Of a DNA stretch of 64,000 bases, positions 14,431 to 26,259 are shown one piece after another. A program made the position numbers and the translations under genes. The notes under the pieces were generated by a model. That model was not told the DNA's origin. It saw only the letters and a program-made list of their open reading frames with translations, and searched no databases. The stretch covers positions 13,454,001 to 13,518,000 of the forward strand of contig JBHGNT010000020.1 of the NCBI GenBank assembly GCA_043228905.1, given 5' to 3'. The DNA is from Azolla caroliniana. Lineage: Eukaryota; Plantae; Polypodiophyta. The stretch's first letter is position 1. Each line of letters opens with the position of its first letter.

Positions 14431-14599
14431 TCAACCGAGCTGGCTAGCCATGGTCGTCTGTTCGGTCAGGGACTTTGGCCATCTTGGCTAGTTGGTTGCC
14501 GAACCATCTGCATGGCTAGTTGCTGCCATCCGACTACTGACTCAGTGTGCTGGTCGTCCTTATCCACCAGCCGACTCTCTGTCCGTTTGGCTCTCGTTG

Positions 14600-15106
14600 T
14601 CGATGGAAATAAACAAAGCATGTGTTTTCTCTTCAATATTGAACCTTATACACCTTAGGTTTTGTTTCTTCTTCCCTTCCGGTGTATGGTTAATGATACT
14701 TGATACAAATAGAGCAATGTGGCCTCTTTTATTACGACATGTGACATGATCCTTATCTAGAAAATTTGTAAGGAGTAAACTCATAATAACGCTAACTCTA
14801 TCATCTCTGTTACTCTTTTACGTTTGCTTATATAATCTACATCACCTATATACTCTGCGACAATGGTTAAATACTTGATCTCACTATCCGGTTCCATCAC
14901 AAACCCTTCATGAGAATCAAAGAAGACCATTAATGGAGCACAAGCACTCTGTCGATACATCATTATACATCGATCATATGCAGCTTTATCTTCCTTGCTC
15001 ATGACTTGCATTCCTCTTTTCTCTAAACTTGAATCATTGGCAGATCTTGGCACTAAACCAGATATACAAGTGACTTCACCACTTTATTCCAGAATAGGTT
15101 AGCTAT
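14600..15106 (-). pseudogene. ATXR5/6: ATXR5/ATXR6-like H3K27 monomethyltransferase SET-domain relic (main part)
   Basis: PRSAN...GMQVMSKED...PLMVFFDSHEGFVMEPD..IK.LTIVAEYIGDVDY and KRGHIALFVS.I.NHTPEGKKKQNLRCIRFNI match the recalled ATXR5/6 SET region; frameshifted and truncated before the YYDYNG motif. Confidence 0.88.
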
Positions 15107-18100
15107 TGAAGGGAATCGACCACCCCGATTTACCTTCTTCACTCGGCCACAACCGAGTAATTGCGAATCAAAGGAGCAGAAAATAGGAAACACAGAGAAA
15201 GACACGATGACACAGGGATTAACGTGGAAAACCCTAAATGGGAAAAACCACGGGAGTCCTCAAACTCCAACTATCACTATGAACAGGGATGTACACTAGT
15301 GAAGCTACAAGGCAACAACCTTGAGCTCACTGTCTTCGCCACAGGCGGCGGTAATACACAGAGGCAGCGACCTCTTCGTCTCTCTCTCTCTCGGCTGCTC
15401 TCACTTCGCATGGAAAAATGAGCAACAACATATTAACTGTTTGCCCTAAGTCATATTTATATACATATATGACTTTCGGGCTATTTACAAATATAGCCTC
15501 AAGGGCTCTTGGCAAACATATTTACAAATATGTCCCCGCATCCGGATCTCTCTCCGGGTACATTCGTCATCCGTCTCCGTAACCGGGGTCTTCATCATCC
15601 GGCTCCGTAACCGGGTACTCTTCATCCGGCTTCATGCCGGGTACTCTTCATCATCCGGATCCGCATCCGGGTACTCGTCATCCGGCTTCATGCCGGGTAC
15701 TCTTCATCATCCGGTTCCGTAACCGCAACCGGGCTTGCCGTCATTCATCTCCGGACATCCCATCCGGAGGGACCGTAATCCCAACAAACTCCCCCTTCAC
15801 TTCGGCATGGGATGTCTCTCCAATCCGATCCTCTTCCGGCATGCTTCCAGCTTGTCGGGTGTGAGCACCTTGGTCAGCATATCCGACCCGTTCTCGTCCG
15901 TGTGGACCTTCGTCAGCACGAACTCCTTGTCTTCTATCCTTTCCCGGATCCAGTGATATCTTCGCTGGATGTGCTTCGTCCGGGAGTGATAAGCCGCGTT
16001 CTTCGCAAGGTGGATGGCACTCTGACTGTCGCAGTAGAGTCGGTACTCCTCTTGCCGGATACCGAGCTCTCTAATGAAGTCCTTCATCCATATTATTTCC
16101 TTGCCGGCTTCAACAGCCGCCATATACTCCGCCTCCGTGGTTGACAGCGCAACCGTCTTCTGCAGCCTCGACTGCCACGAAACAGCTCCACCTGCATACG
16201 TCATCACATACCCTGATGTGGACCGGCTGGTATCTGCATCAGCCGATATATCCGAATCGGTAAAGCCGTCGAGTTCGGGCTTTCCGGAGCCGAATCGGAG
16301 GCACACGTTTGCCGTGCCCTTCAGGTATCGGAGTATCCACTTGACCGCGTTCCAATGCTCTTTGCCGGGATTGCTCATGTACCGGCTCACCACTCCGACT
16401 GCATATCCTATGTCCGGTCTCGTACACACCATGGCGTACATCAAGCTCCCGACGGCTGAGGCATACGGCACTTTCATCATATCCTCCTTTTCAGCCTTTG
16501 TCTTGGGACTTTGCTTGCTGGACAGCTTGCAGTTTGCCGGGAGGGTCGATCCGACCGGTCTTGCTTCCGACATGTTGAACCGTTTAAGCACCTTTGTCAC
16601 GTACTTCTCCTGTGACAGCCACAACTGCTTTTTGCTCCGGTCTCGGATGATGTGCATCCCTAGTATTTGCCTCGCCGGACCCAGGTCCTTCATTGAGAAG
16701 GTTCGGTGAAGAGCCTTCTTCAGCGTCCGTATCTTGACCTGGTCCCGTCCGACGATCAACATGTCGTCCACGTACAGGAGGAGTATTAGAGAGTCTCCTC
16801 CTTCGAACTTCTTCACAAACACGCAGTGATCAGACTGCGTTTTGTGGTACCCTTCGTCGGTCATGAAGGAGTCGAACTTCCGGTACCATTGCCGGGGAGC
16901 CTGCTTCAGTCCGTAAAGGCTCTTCTTCAACCGGCATACCAGGTGCTCCTTCCCTTTCTTCTCGAATCCTTCCGGTTGCTGCATGTAGATCTCTTCTTCG
17001 AGGTCACCGTGAAGGAATGCCGTCTTCACGTCCATCTGTTCTACCTCGAGGTCCATGCTTGCCGCTATGCTCAGCACCGTCCGGATGGAGGTCATCTTCA
17101 CTACCGGGGCGAATATCTCGTCGAAGTCGACGCCCTTCTTCTGCTGAAACCCCTTCACCACGATCCTGGCTTTGTATCTCGGGGGGTTTCCGGCATCTCC
17201 CGGTTTCAGCTTGAACACCCACTTGTTTCGAAGTGCCCGCTTTCCTTTCGGCAACTCCACAAGTTCATATGTGTGGTTCTCATGCAGGGAATCCATCTCG
17301 TCCTGCATGGCACTCAACCACCTGCGGCTATGGGTGTCAAGTTTTGCTTCTTCAAAACTCTCCGGCTCCCCCTCGTCGGTTAGCAGCACGTGCTCTGGTT
17401 CCGGAAATCTCCGGGGGGCCCTTCTCTCTCTTAGAGGGTATCTCCGTTCCGGAGCTTCGGTAACCGGCTGCTCCGTTTCCTCTTCATCCGAATCCATTTC
17501 GGGATCAGGACCGGTTCCGGTATCAGATTCATCTTCCTCGGCCGGTTCTGATTCTTCACCGTCTTCGGCCGGGTCCTCGAGTGCTAACCGGTCCCTTGCC
17601 GGTCGGGACTGCTCCTCGTAGAGTTTATCCTCACCGGTCGACTTGGAGCTCTTCATCTTCTTCTCCGACTCCCAGTCGGCGAGTGTCTTGTCCTCCATGA
17701 AGATGATATCTCGACTCCTGAATATCTTCTTGTCGACCGGGTCCCATACTCGGTAGCCGAACTCGTCGTCGCCGTAACCGAGGAATATGCATGGCCGGGT
17801 CTTTGGATCTAACTTTCCTCTCCGGTCCTTTGCCACATGCACGTATGCGAGACACCCGAACACCTTCAGATGCCGGTAGGACACTTCCTTACCGGTCCAC
17901 ACTTTCTGCGGCGTGTCTCCGTCCAAAGGTACTGAGGGTGATCTGTTTATCACGTATGTCGCCGTCGACATTGCCTCAGCCCAAAACCCCTTGGGTAATT
18001 TCGCATGCGCCAGCATACTCCGGACCCTCTCCATTATGGTCCGGTTCATCCTCTCGGCCAGCCCGTTTAGTTCCGGCGTCTTCGGCACAGTAAACCCGAG

Positions 18101-20574
18101 CCGGATTCCCTTCGAGCGACAGTACTCCTGGAACTGCCCCCGGTATTCCCCTCCGTTATCCGCTCGTATCGCTTTCAGCTTCTTGCCGGATTCTCTTTCC
18201 ACTCTCGCGTGGAGTTCTTTGAAGACGGACAATACTTGGTCCTTTGTCTTCAACGGTGCCGTCCACAGCTTCCGGCTGTGGTCATCAATGAATGTCACGA
18301 AGTACTGGGCTCCGCCATGTGACTTCGTTTCTACTTGACACACATCAGTGTGCACCAACTCCAATGGTGCGCTACGTCTCGTCGGTGGCCTTGAGTGGAA
18401 GGAGGCTCGGTTCTGCTTACCGGCCAGGCAATCGGTGCACTTCTCCAGATGCACATGCTTCACTGGAATGAGGTTGTCTTCTGCAAGCCTCTTCATCCCC
18501 TTCTCGCTCATGTGGCACAGTCTCTTGTGCCACAGCTCACCGGCAGTGTCGGCTGCCACGTTCAGCTCCTCCGGACATAGTCGGGAATTCATCAGGTACA
18601 GTGTGTTGACCTTCCGGGCCCGAGCCACTATCAGGCTCCCCTTGCTGAACTTCATGACACCGTTCCGGATGCTACCCGTGTAGCCTTCATCGTCTAGCCT
18701 GCCGGCCGAAATCAGGTTCAATCGAACCTCCGGAACGTGTCGAACATCCTTCAGCAGCATCTTGCATCCGGTTGATGTCATCAGCCACACGTCTCCTATG
18801 CCGGCTATCCGGCACGTACCTTCATTTCCCATCCGGACACAGCCGTGCTCACCGGCTGTGTAGGATGAGAAGTATTTCTTCTCCGGGGTCAGGTGGAACG
18901 ACGCTCCGGAATCGACCACCCAGGTCATCTCTTCACCGGCAAGGTTCAGCTCCCTCTCTTCGGTAATGAGCATTATCTCTTCTTCACTTGCCGCGAGTGC
19001 CGTCGTTCCTTTCCGGTCCTGCCCTCGCCGATCCGGACCTCTTCGGTCCGTGGCTCCCCGGTATGCACCGTTTCTCTCCGGTGACTTCTTCGAATCGGTG
19101 TCGTCGGCTCCGTTGTCCTTTCGGTAATGCCGACAATTCTTCCGGAAGTGCCCCGGCTTCCCACAGTGGAAGCATGTGGGTCTTCCTCTTGACTGCGACC
19201 GGGTCCCCGACTTCTCCCGTCTTTGCGGACTCCGGTTCCAGTGTCTTCCCCGTTCCGATTCGGTAAGCAGCGCCTTCGAGTCGGAGGCCGGTTCTTTATC
19301 TCTCCGACGCGCTTCTTCGTTCAAAATACTTGTCTTTACCGTTTGTAGGGACAAGTTTTCTTCCGTGCAGGAGGTGCTGAGAGTCACCACCAAGTTCTCC
19401 AGCTGTCCGGCAACGTACACATCAGGATGATGGCTTGCATTGCATCCTCCAACGGGAACTTGATCGCCGCAAGCTGGTTCACGAATCCCATGAACGTGCT
19501 TACGTGTTCCACCATACTCTCGCCGTCCCGGTACTTGAGATTCACAATCTTCCTCATCAGGGAGGTCCGGTTCAACGCATTCTTCCTCTCGTAGAGGCCC
19601 GACAGCTTCTTCCACATCTCATATGCGTTGGTGTCATTCGCCACATGTTGTAGGACGCTTACATATTGTCGGATCGTCGCTACGGCTTTCCGGTTCAGGA
19701 GCTTCCACTCCGACTCAAGTACTCCCTTCGGTATTTCCGACCTGTCAATCGGTTCGTACAGGTCCCGAACAATCAGAAGATCCTCCATCTTGACCTTCCA
19801 GTCGGCGTAATTCTGCGCATTCAGCACCATCATTCCCGGCTGCCCGCTGCTGCCGCCTTCCATTTTCTGTGTTACCGTCGCTCTGATACCAGTTTGAAGG
19901 GAATCGACCACCCCGATTTACCTTCTTCACTCGGCCACAACCGAGTAATTGCGAATCAAAGGAGCAGAAAATAGGAAACACAGAGAAAGACACGATGACA
20001 CAGGGATTAACGTGGAAAACCCTAAATGGGAAAAACCACGGGAGTCCTCAAACTCCAACTATCACTATGAACAGGGATGTACACTGGTGAAGCTACAAGG
20101 CAACAACCTTGAGCTCACTGTCTTCGCCACAGGCGGCGGTAATACACAGAGGCAGCGACCTCTTCGTCTCTCTCTCTCTCGGCTGCTCTCACTTCGCATG
20201 GAAAAATGAGCAACAACATATTAACTGTTTGCCCTAAGTCATATTTATATACATATATGACTTTCGGGCTATTTACAAATATAGCCTCAAGGGCTCTTGG
20301 CAAACATATTTACAAATATGTCCCCGCATCCGGATCTCTCTCCGGGTACATTCGTCATCCGTCTCCGTAACCAGGGTCTTCATCATCCGGCTCCGTAACC
20401 GGGTACTCTTCATCCGGCTTCATGCCGGGTACTCTTCATCATCCGGATCCGCATCCGGGTACTCGTCATCCGGCTTCATGCCGGGTACTCTTCATCATCC
20501 GGTTCCGTAACCGCAACCGGGCTTGCCGTCATTCATCTCCGGACATCCCATCCGGAGGGACCGTAATCCCAACA
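15107..20574 (-). mobile_element. Element A: full-length, very young Ty1/Copia retrotransposon
   Basis: 680-bp LTRs (15107-15786, 19895-20574; 2 mismatches seen), TSD GCTAT (15102-15106/20575-20579), tRNA-iMet PBS TGGTATCAGAGC (19880-19891), PPT next to 15787. Confidence 0.97.
15797..19863 (-). CDS. Copia gag-pol of element A (Gag, CCHC, PR, INT, RT, RNase H) with one 1-nt frameshift at ~19400
   Basis: CFHCGKPGHFRKNC, WVVDSGAS, LELVHTD, LKKSLYGLKQAPRQW, LLLYVDDML; sister copy D reads DSWENLV where A lacks one G. Confidence 0.93.
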
Positions 20575-20627
20575 GCTATGGCTATTGTTGCCATTTCCTT
20601 CAAACTCTGCCATGGACCTCTTGATAG
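20575..20627 (-). pseudogene. ATXR5/6: Upstream piece of the ATXR5/6 relic, separated by element A
   Basis: LSRGPWQSLKEMATIAIA continues across the TSD (with a frameshift) into LTYSGIK...YISGLVPRSAN, resembling ATXR PSEDP..RL.QMASLATALT. Confidence 0.65.
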
Positions 20628-20810
20628 AGTGATTTAGAAGGTGTTTGATTGTTAGTTTCTTGCAATTTATTAATTTCTGAATCTACTTCTTCCTCCTGCA
20701 TACAAGCAATAGAGTGGCACAAACACACACAACATAAAGATGAAGACCTAGAGACACATAGGGGAACAAAGAGGGAAAGAGAGACTTCTGCTCAAGGGGG
20801 GTAGGCCGTA

Positions 20811-21160
20811 GGGCGTGCCATGTGTTTATGTGTGGGGGGTGGAGCCAAGATCGGCTCCACCCCCCTCCCAAGGGGGTTCGAGTGTGAGAGGAGAGGGAGA
20901 GATGAGATGCATAGAGAGAACGAATGAGAGAGAGAGAGAATCGAGACAGACACAATTTAGAGTAACTTCGATATCATTTTTTCATGCCCCATGAGTGAGG
21001 ATTTATATAATAGAAGATCTTTACAAAAAGCCGAATGGATGTAGGTACACCTACTTACCTCACCTAACACTCACACATCCACATTTCATATTACACCTCA
21101 CACCTCACACACCACCTTCCACATTACACCTAACCCTCCCGTACACCTATACGGGTAACA
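20811..21160 (-). mobile_element. 5' LTR (about 20823-21160) plus tRNA-Arg-type PBS of an otherwise missing element
   Basis: Minus strand: TGTTACCC...TATATAAA...(TC)n...AAACA-CA-TGGCACGCCC; far boundary uncertain. Confidence 0.55.
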
Positions 21161-21373
21161 CTTTACTTTCACACCATTCACCATTCACTATCCCATCCTA
21201 GACCCCCATTAGAAGCATATACGGTACATAGAAAAACGAAAATAAATAAATATAAAACATAGAGAGAATCAATAGATAGAGTAAATTACACAATATTAAA
21301 TTACAATAGATAGGTTTTTTTCTCCACCAGCGGCAATGTCCACTCAACTCCTCTTAATGACAAATCTCAAGCT

Positions 21374-21650
21374 GTGTTGGAATTGGTCAGCCCAATAACT
21401 CTTTGGATTCCATGGAAACAACGGTGTAGACGGGTCTTCTCCAACCAAACTGCGCATCCAACAAGGTTACTACAAGAGATATGGAGTGAAATTGTAGCCA
21501 CTCTAAAGAGCCAATATGATGGTCTCAAGGGCGACTTTGATGGAGTTGAAAGACAACGAATAGCCTTCATCCAACAATGGTCGTCCTCTCCCTTTCTTGA
21601 GTCAGTGGGCATCCACATAAGATGGAACTATCGCGTAATCGTCTCATTTG
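21374..21650 (+). pseudogene. LINE ORF2 C-terminal fragment
   Basis: PITLWIPWKQRCRRVFS...IW..IVATLKSQYD resembles PITIWCIWTARCTRVFS...IWHTLITTLRAQYE of ORF 39..770. Confidence 0.75.
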
Positions 21651-22709
21651 TAAAAAAATGTAACTAATGGAAGGAGTTTTTTTTTGGAATGAAAATAAAT
21701 AAATAAAAATAAATAAATTACAATATCTATTCTCCAAGATGAAATGCATAGAAAACACACATACTCCTATATTAGTGGTCGATAATGTGAATGCTTATTG
21801 TAAAGAATCGATGGTGATTCTTGTGCAACGGAATAGACTAGAGATACGTGTTGTGAGTGTGTGTGTATGAGAGAGAGAGAGAGAGAGTGAGTGAGTGAGA
21901 GAAACACAAGATAGATAGATTTGAACAACAATAGAATGCTCAAGACGATGTATATTACAAAGGAGATTAACCGAACTTAATTACAAAGTAGGAGGAGGGT
22001 GCTTTATATAGTCACTCTCTCTCTTCATTAACTACCGAAACTCATGGGTCATGGGGAATGTGAAAACTCATTAGTTATGTGTCATAGAATATGATTCTAT
22101 GACACATAGTTAATGTGTAGAGAGTAGTGGTGTGACTCTTGACCTTTGAGTAATCATGGATTCTCAAAAGGTGTGTTCACACGTTGCACTATGTTGAGCT
22201 TGATTCTCAACATGCCCCCTCAAGCTCAACTCGGGTTGGTTCCTTTTGATTGATGTCTGCTTTGGACGATCTCCGGTGTCAGGAATAGTACTAAAACAGA
22301 GATGGAATTAGTACTAAGAAGGGTAGTACTATTAGTACTAAGAGGACGGGACTGCGTAAGATTCCCGAGAGAGAGGAAGTGAGAAGAGGAGAGAGAGAGA
22401 AATAGGATGATGACAGCAGCTCTTATATTATATGAAAGATAAGTACAAATCGACTAAGAGGCTTAAGACTGGTGTTGAACCAATTTGGTTCAACATAATG
22501 CCTAGTGCCCTCTTTTATAGTGTTTTCAGGAGTAATCCTGAAGCTTCTAGAATGTTCCAGAGAAATCTGGAATATACTCTAATTTCCTATAATAAAATGT
22601 AAATGAAAATAATATCCTACGTATTACAATAGATGGTCTAATGGTCAAGAGCTCGACCCATGTAGCATAAAGTCATGGGTTCGAGTCTTGCCATGACACT
22701 ATCTCCCCC

Positions 22710-25700
22710 TTAAAGACGACGAGTGGAACGAGTCGGCGCTAACTGCGGACCGGGTTTGTCTGGATACTTTCGGTGGAAATCAGCACGAAGATCTTGTGCA
22801 TTGGCAACATTCTCGACGGGTTCCCAAGTACGTTCGCTCGGACTATAACCGAGCCAATCGACCAAGTAATAAAGTTTGTTGCGAACAAGTTTGGAATCGA
22901 GGATGGCAACAACTTCATACTCCGGGCCGGCGTCCAACTCCAGCGGGGGCGGCGGTGGTGTCACACGATCGGGAATGGTGTTTGCTTTATAAGGTTCAAG
23001 AAGAGAACAATGGAAAACCGGATGTATCTGAAGCTGTGGAGGGAGATCCAGGCGGAAGGTGACATCATTAATCTTCCCCGTAATACGGAAAGGACCGAGT
23101 CGTCGATAATCCAACTTGTCGCACGGTCGAGTAGTCTTGATGTGACGACGTAAGAGCCATACTCGATCTCCGATGGCAAAAGAGGAGGGAATCCGATGAC
23201 GATCCGCATAAGTCTTATGTGTGTTTTGAGCATGACGAAGGTGAGTAGAGAGATCCATCTGGATCTTGCGTAGCCTCTCCAAATGGTCCTCGGCACGAGG
23301 GTTGGTAGGTAGCTCCGGAGTGTCGATCACCGACCAGCGAGGATGGAAACCGGTATAAGCGAGAAATGGGGAGACCCGAGTCGAGGAATGAATAGCATTA
23401 TTATACGCAAACTCCGCAAAGTGGAGAATCTCGGCCCAATCGTCCTGTTGATAACTCAGGAAACACCGGAGATATTGCTCCAACGTTTGGTTTGTTCGTT
23501 CCGCCTGTCCGTCAGTTTGAGGATGGTAGCCGGAGGAGAGGTTGCAGGAGACCTTGAGCATCCTGAAGAGATGCTGCCAAAATTTGGAGACAAATTGCGG
23601 GCCTCGGTCACTGATAATACTGTCTGGTAGGCCATGATGCCGAAATACCTCACGCATAACAAGAGCGGCAGTTTCCTCGCTAGTGATGGCTTTAGTACAT
23701 GGCACAAAATGTGCCATCTTCGTATATCGATCGACGACGGTTAGGATAGCATCGAACCCCTTCGAGACCGGCAGATCTGTAATAAAATCAAGACAAATAG
23801 ACTGCCATGGCTTACTTGGAATTGGTAAAGGTTCCAGCAAGCCATATGGATGGTGTCGTGGCATCTTTGCTCGGCAGCAAGCATCACAGGTCCGAACGTA
23901 GTCGTCGACAAAACGGCGCATGTGGGGCCACCAAAAAGATCGCTGCACTAACTCCAACGTCTTGGTACTACCGAAATGTCCCGCCGTATGGGTGTCGTGA
24001 CAATGTTGGACGATTTGAAGGCGACAGGCGCAATCGGGGACATATACGCGCTTTTTAAAGAATAACAACCCATCATGATATTCGAATTGTCGGTAGTCAA
24101 TACCTGGTTGTTGAGACTGAGAACAGGATGCCCGAGAAGTATCAATGTGCGCCAGGATGTCTTGAGCAAAACTATCCGTCTTCAAGGTTGCACGTATGTC
24201 ATCGGTAATCCGTGAATCCATCGGGGTGTGAAAAATCCGCGTCGTGTGCAATCGTGTTGGTCCCAAGATTACTTGCTTTTGATTATCAAATGTTGCGTCA
24301 CCAGGACGAGGTGCAAGATATGAACGCCGTGATAGTGCATCTGCTTTTCCTTGCTGCTTCCCCGGTCGATATGTGATTTCGAAGTTGAAACGCGTGAGGA
24401 ATTGCGCCCACCGAGCTTGCCGTCGATTTAGTACGCGAGCGTTCTGAAAATAAGCAAGATTTTTATGATCGCTAAAGACGATGACCTGATGTGGAGAGCC
24501 CTCTAAGAAATGCCGCCATTGTACAAATGAATCCACGATGGCTAATAACTCCTTGTCATGTATTTCGTAGTTGATTTCTGCGACATTGAATTTGCGCGAA
24601 TGGAAAGCCACCGGATGCAACTCTTCTTTATCGCCTTGTTGAGAAAGGATGCTACCGAGGGCGAAATCTGATGCGTCGGCCTCCATGATGAATGGTTTGC
24701 TTGTATCCACATGAGCTAGAATCGGTGCTGATGTAAAGGCTTTCTTAAGATGCCGAAAAGCCATATCTGCTTCGATGGACCAAAGAAATGCTTGGCCCTT
24801 CTTCGTAAGTTGTGTGAGAGGTAAAATAATCTTCGAGTAATCCTGTATAAACTTACGGTAGAAGTTAGCAAAGCCTAGAAAACATTGTACATCTCGTACC
24901 GACCGTGGAATTTGCCACTCTAGTATAGTTTGGATTTTAGCTGGATCCATGGCGATGCCCTTTGAGGAGATGACGTAGCCTAGAAATTCCACTTGCTTGC
25001 AGTCAAAGCTACATTTCTCTAGCTTGGCATAAAGACCATTCTCGCGGAGTCGCTTTAGTACTAATAGTACATGAGAATCGTGCTCTTCCTGGGTCTTCGA
25101 ATAAATCAACAGATCATCCAGATAAATGATCAAACAGATATCCAAGAGGTCTCTGAATATATCATTTGCCATGTGTTGGAAGACTGCGGGTGCATTGGTT
25201 AGGCCAAACGGCATAACAGTATACTCGAAATGCCCATACCGCGTGCGAAAAGCGGTCTTCCACTCATCTCCCGGTCGGATCCGCACGAGATTATACGCTC
25301 CTCGTAGGTCGATTTTAGTAAAAAACTTGGCACCATTAACTCGCTCTAAAAGACTTGATATAAGAGGAAGTGCATACCTATTCCGGATGGTGACTTTATT
25401 CAATCCGCGGTAATCAACGACAAGACGAAGTGAGCCATCTTTCTTCTTGACAAAGAAGATGGGTGCACCGGCCGGAGATTTCGAATGACGGATGAACCCG
25501 CTTGCCAAGTTCTCCTCTATGTAGGCTCGAAGGACTTCTAACTCGGTGGGTGACAAGTTGTAAATTGGTCCCCATGGTGGCTCGGTTCCTGGTTGTAAAT
25601 CGATGGGACAGTCATAGGGACGGTGATGAGGAAGGGTACCGGCTTTTACCTTGTCAAATACATCGGCATAAGGATGATATTTTGCCGGAAGTTGTATTGA

Positions 25701-26259
25701 GGAGTCCTTCTTAATAGTGCTAGAAGGATGTACTGATATGGCAAATAGGAACATTGCCTCCTTGGGTCCTTCTTCGCGTAGTTGATGGAGTGAAATGGTC
25801 GAAACTCGGTGAGTTGATTCTTGGGGTGGTCGATATCGGACTTCTCTTGTTCTCCAATCTATGGCTGGATTATGTAATTCAAGCCAAGGTAATCCTAGGA
25901 CAATGGGATGCTCTGGACTACTAATTATATTAAATGATATTATACACACAAAACTACCTAGGACAACTTGAATGGGTTCTGATTCTTCTACAATATTCCC
26001 GGAAGCAATGGGACGACCATCAATGACCACTACAGATGCGGGACAAGGAATCTTGGGCAAAATTTCGATCCATGAAACAGGAATTAGCTCCGGAATCTAA
26101 AAGTGCTAGGACGGGTACTGGGGGAGTACTTTTAGTACTAACAATGACTTGGGCTAGGAACACATTGCTAACTTGCTTGGAAGGAATGGAACCACTAATG
26201 GGCTGTACAGATCTAAGGCTGCTGTCCAACCAAATGGCTCCTATTTTGGCTGGACTCAA
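22710..26259 (-). CDS. T1 pol (PR-RT-RH-INT-chromodomain); frameshifting deletion in protease at ~26055
   Basis: ALLDSGA, YLDDLLIYS, ADASDFA, IISDRGPQF and C-terminal EYEV..ILD..YLVDW.GY...TWEP. Confidence 0.93.

Larger units (their letters stand above)
10471..14600 (-). mobile_element. Element B: 3' portion of a non-chromovirus Gypsy related to element C (repeat region, degraded extra ORF, 3' LTR)
   Basis: LTR 10471-10971 reads TGTTGTCC...GTTAACA on minus (same GTTAACA end as the C LTRs), minus-strand CTATATAAA at ~10815-10823, same pre-LTR motif as C; coiled-coil ORF pieces 11117-13811. Confidence 0.65.

Noticed and set aside
13619-14491. 290-aa plus-strand ORF
   Set aside because: Low-complexity translation of the CTCGGC repeat array, with no domain signal.
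15812-19974. Many overlapping antisense ORFs in GC-rich elements
   Set aside because: Expected shadow ORFs of GC-rich gag-pol; no independent motifs.
10471-21160. One large element spanning both LTRs and carrying ATXR5/6
   Set aside because: The LTRs at 10471-10971 and 20823-21160 are not alignable and no shared TSD is visible.
22631-22695. Functional tRNA gene
   Set aside because: A/B boxes are present but there is no convincing acceptor or anticodon stem; it is part of both LTR copies.
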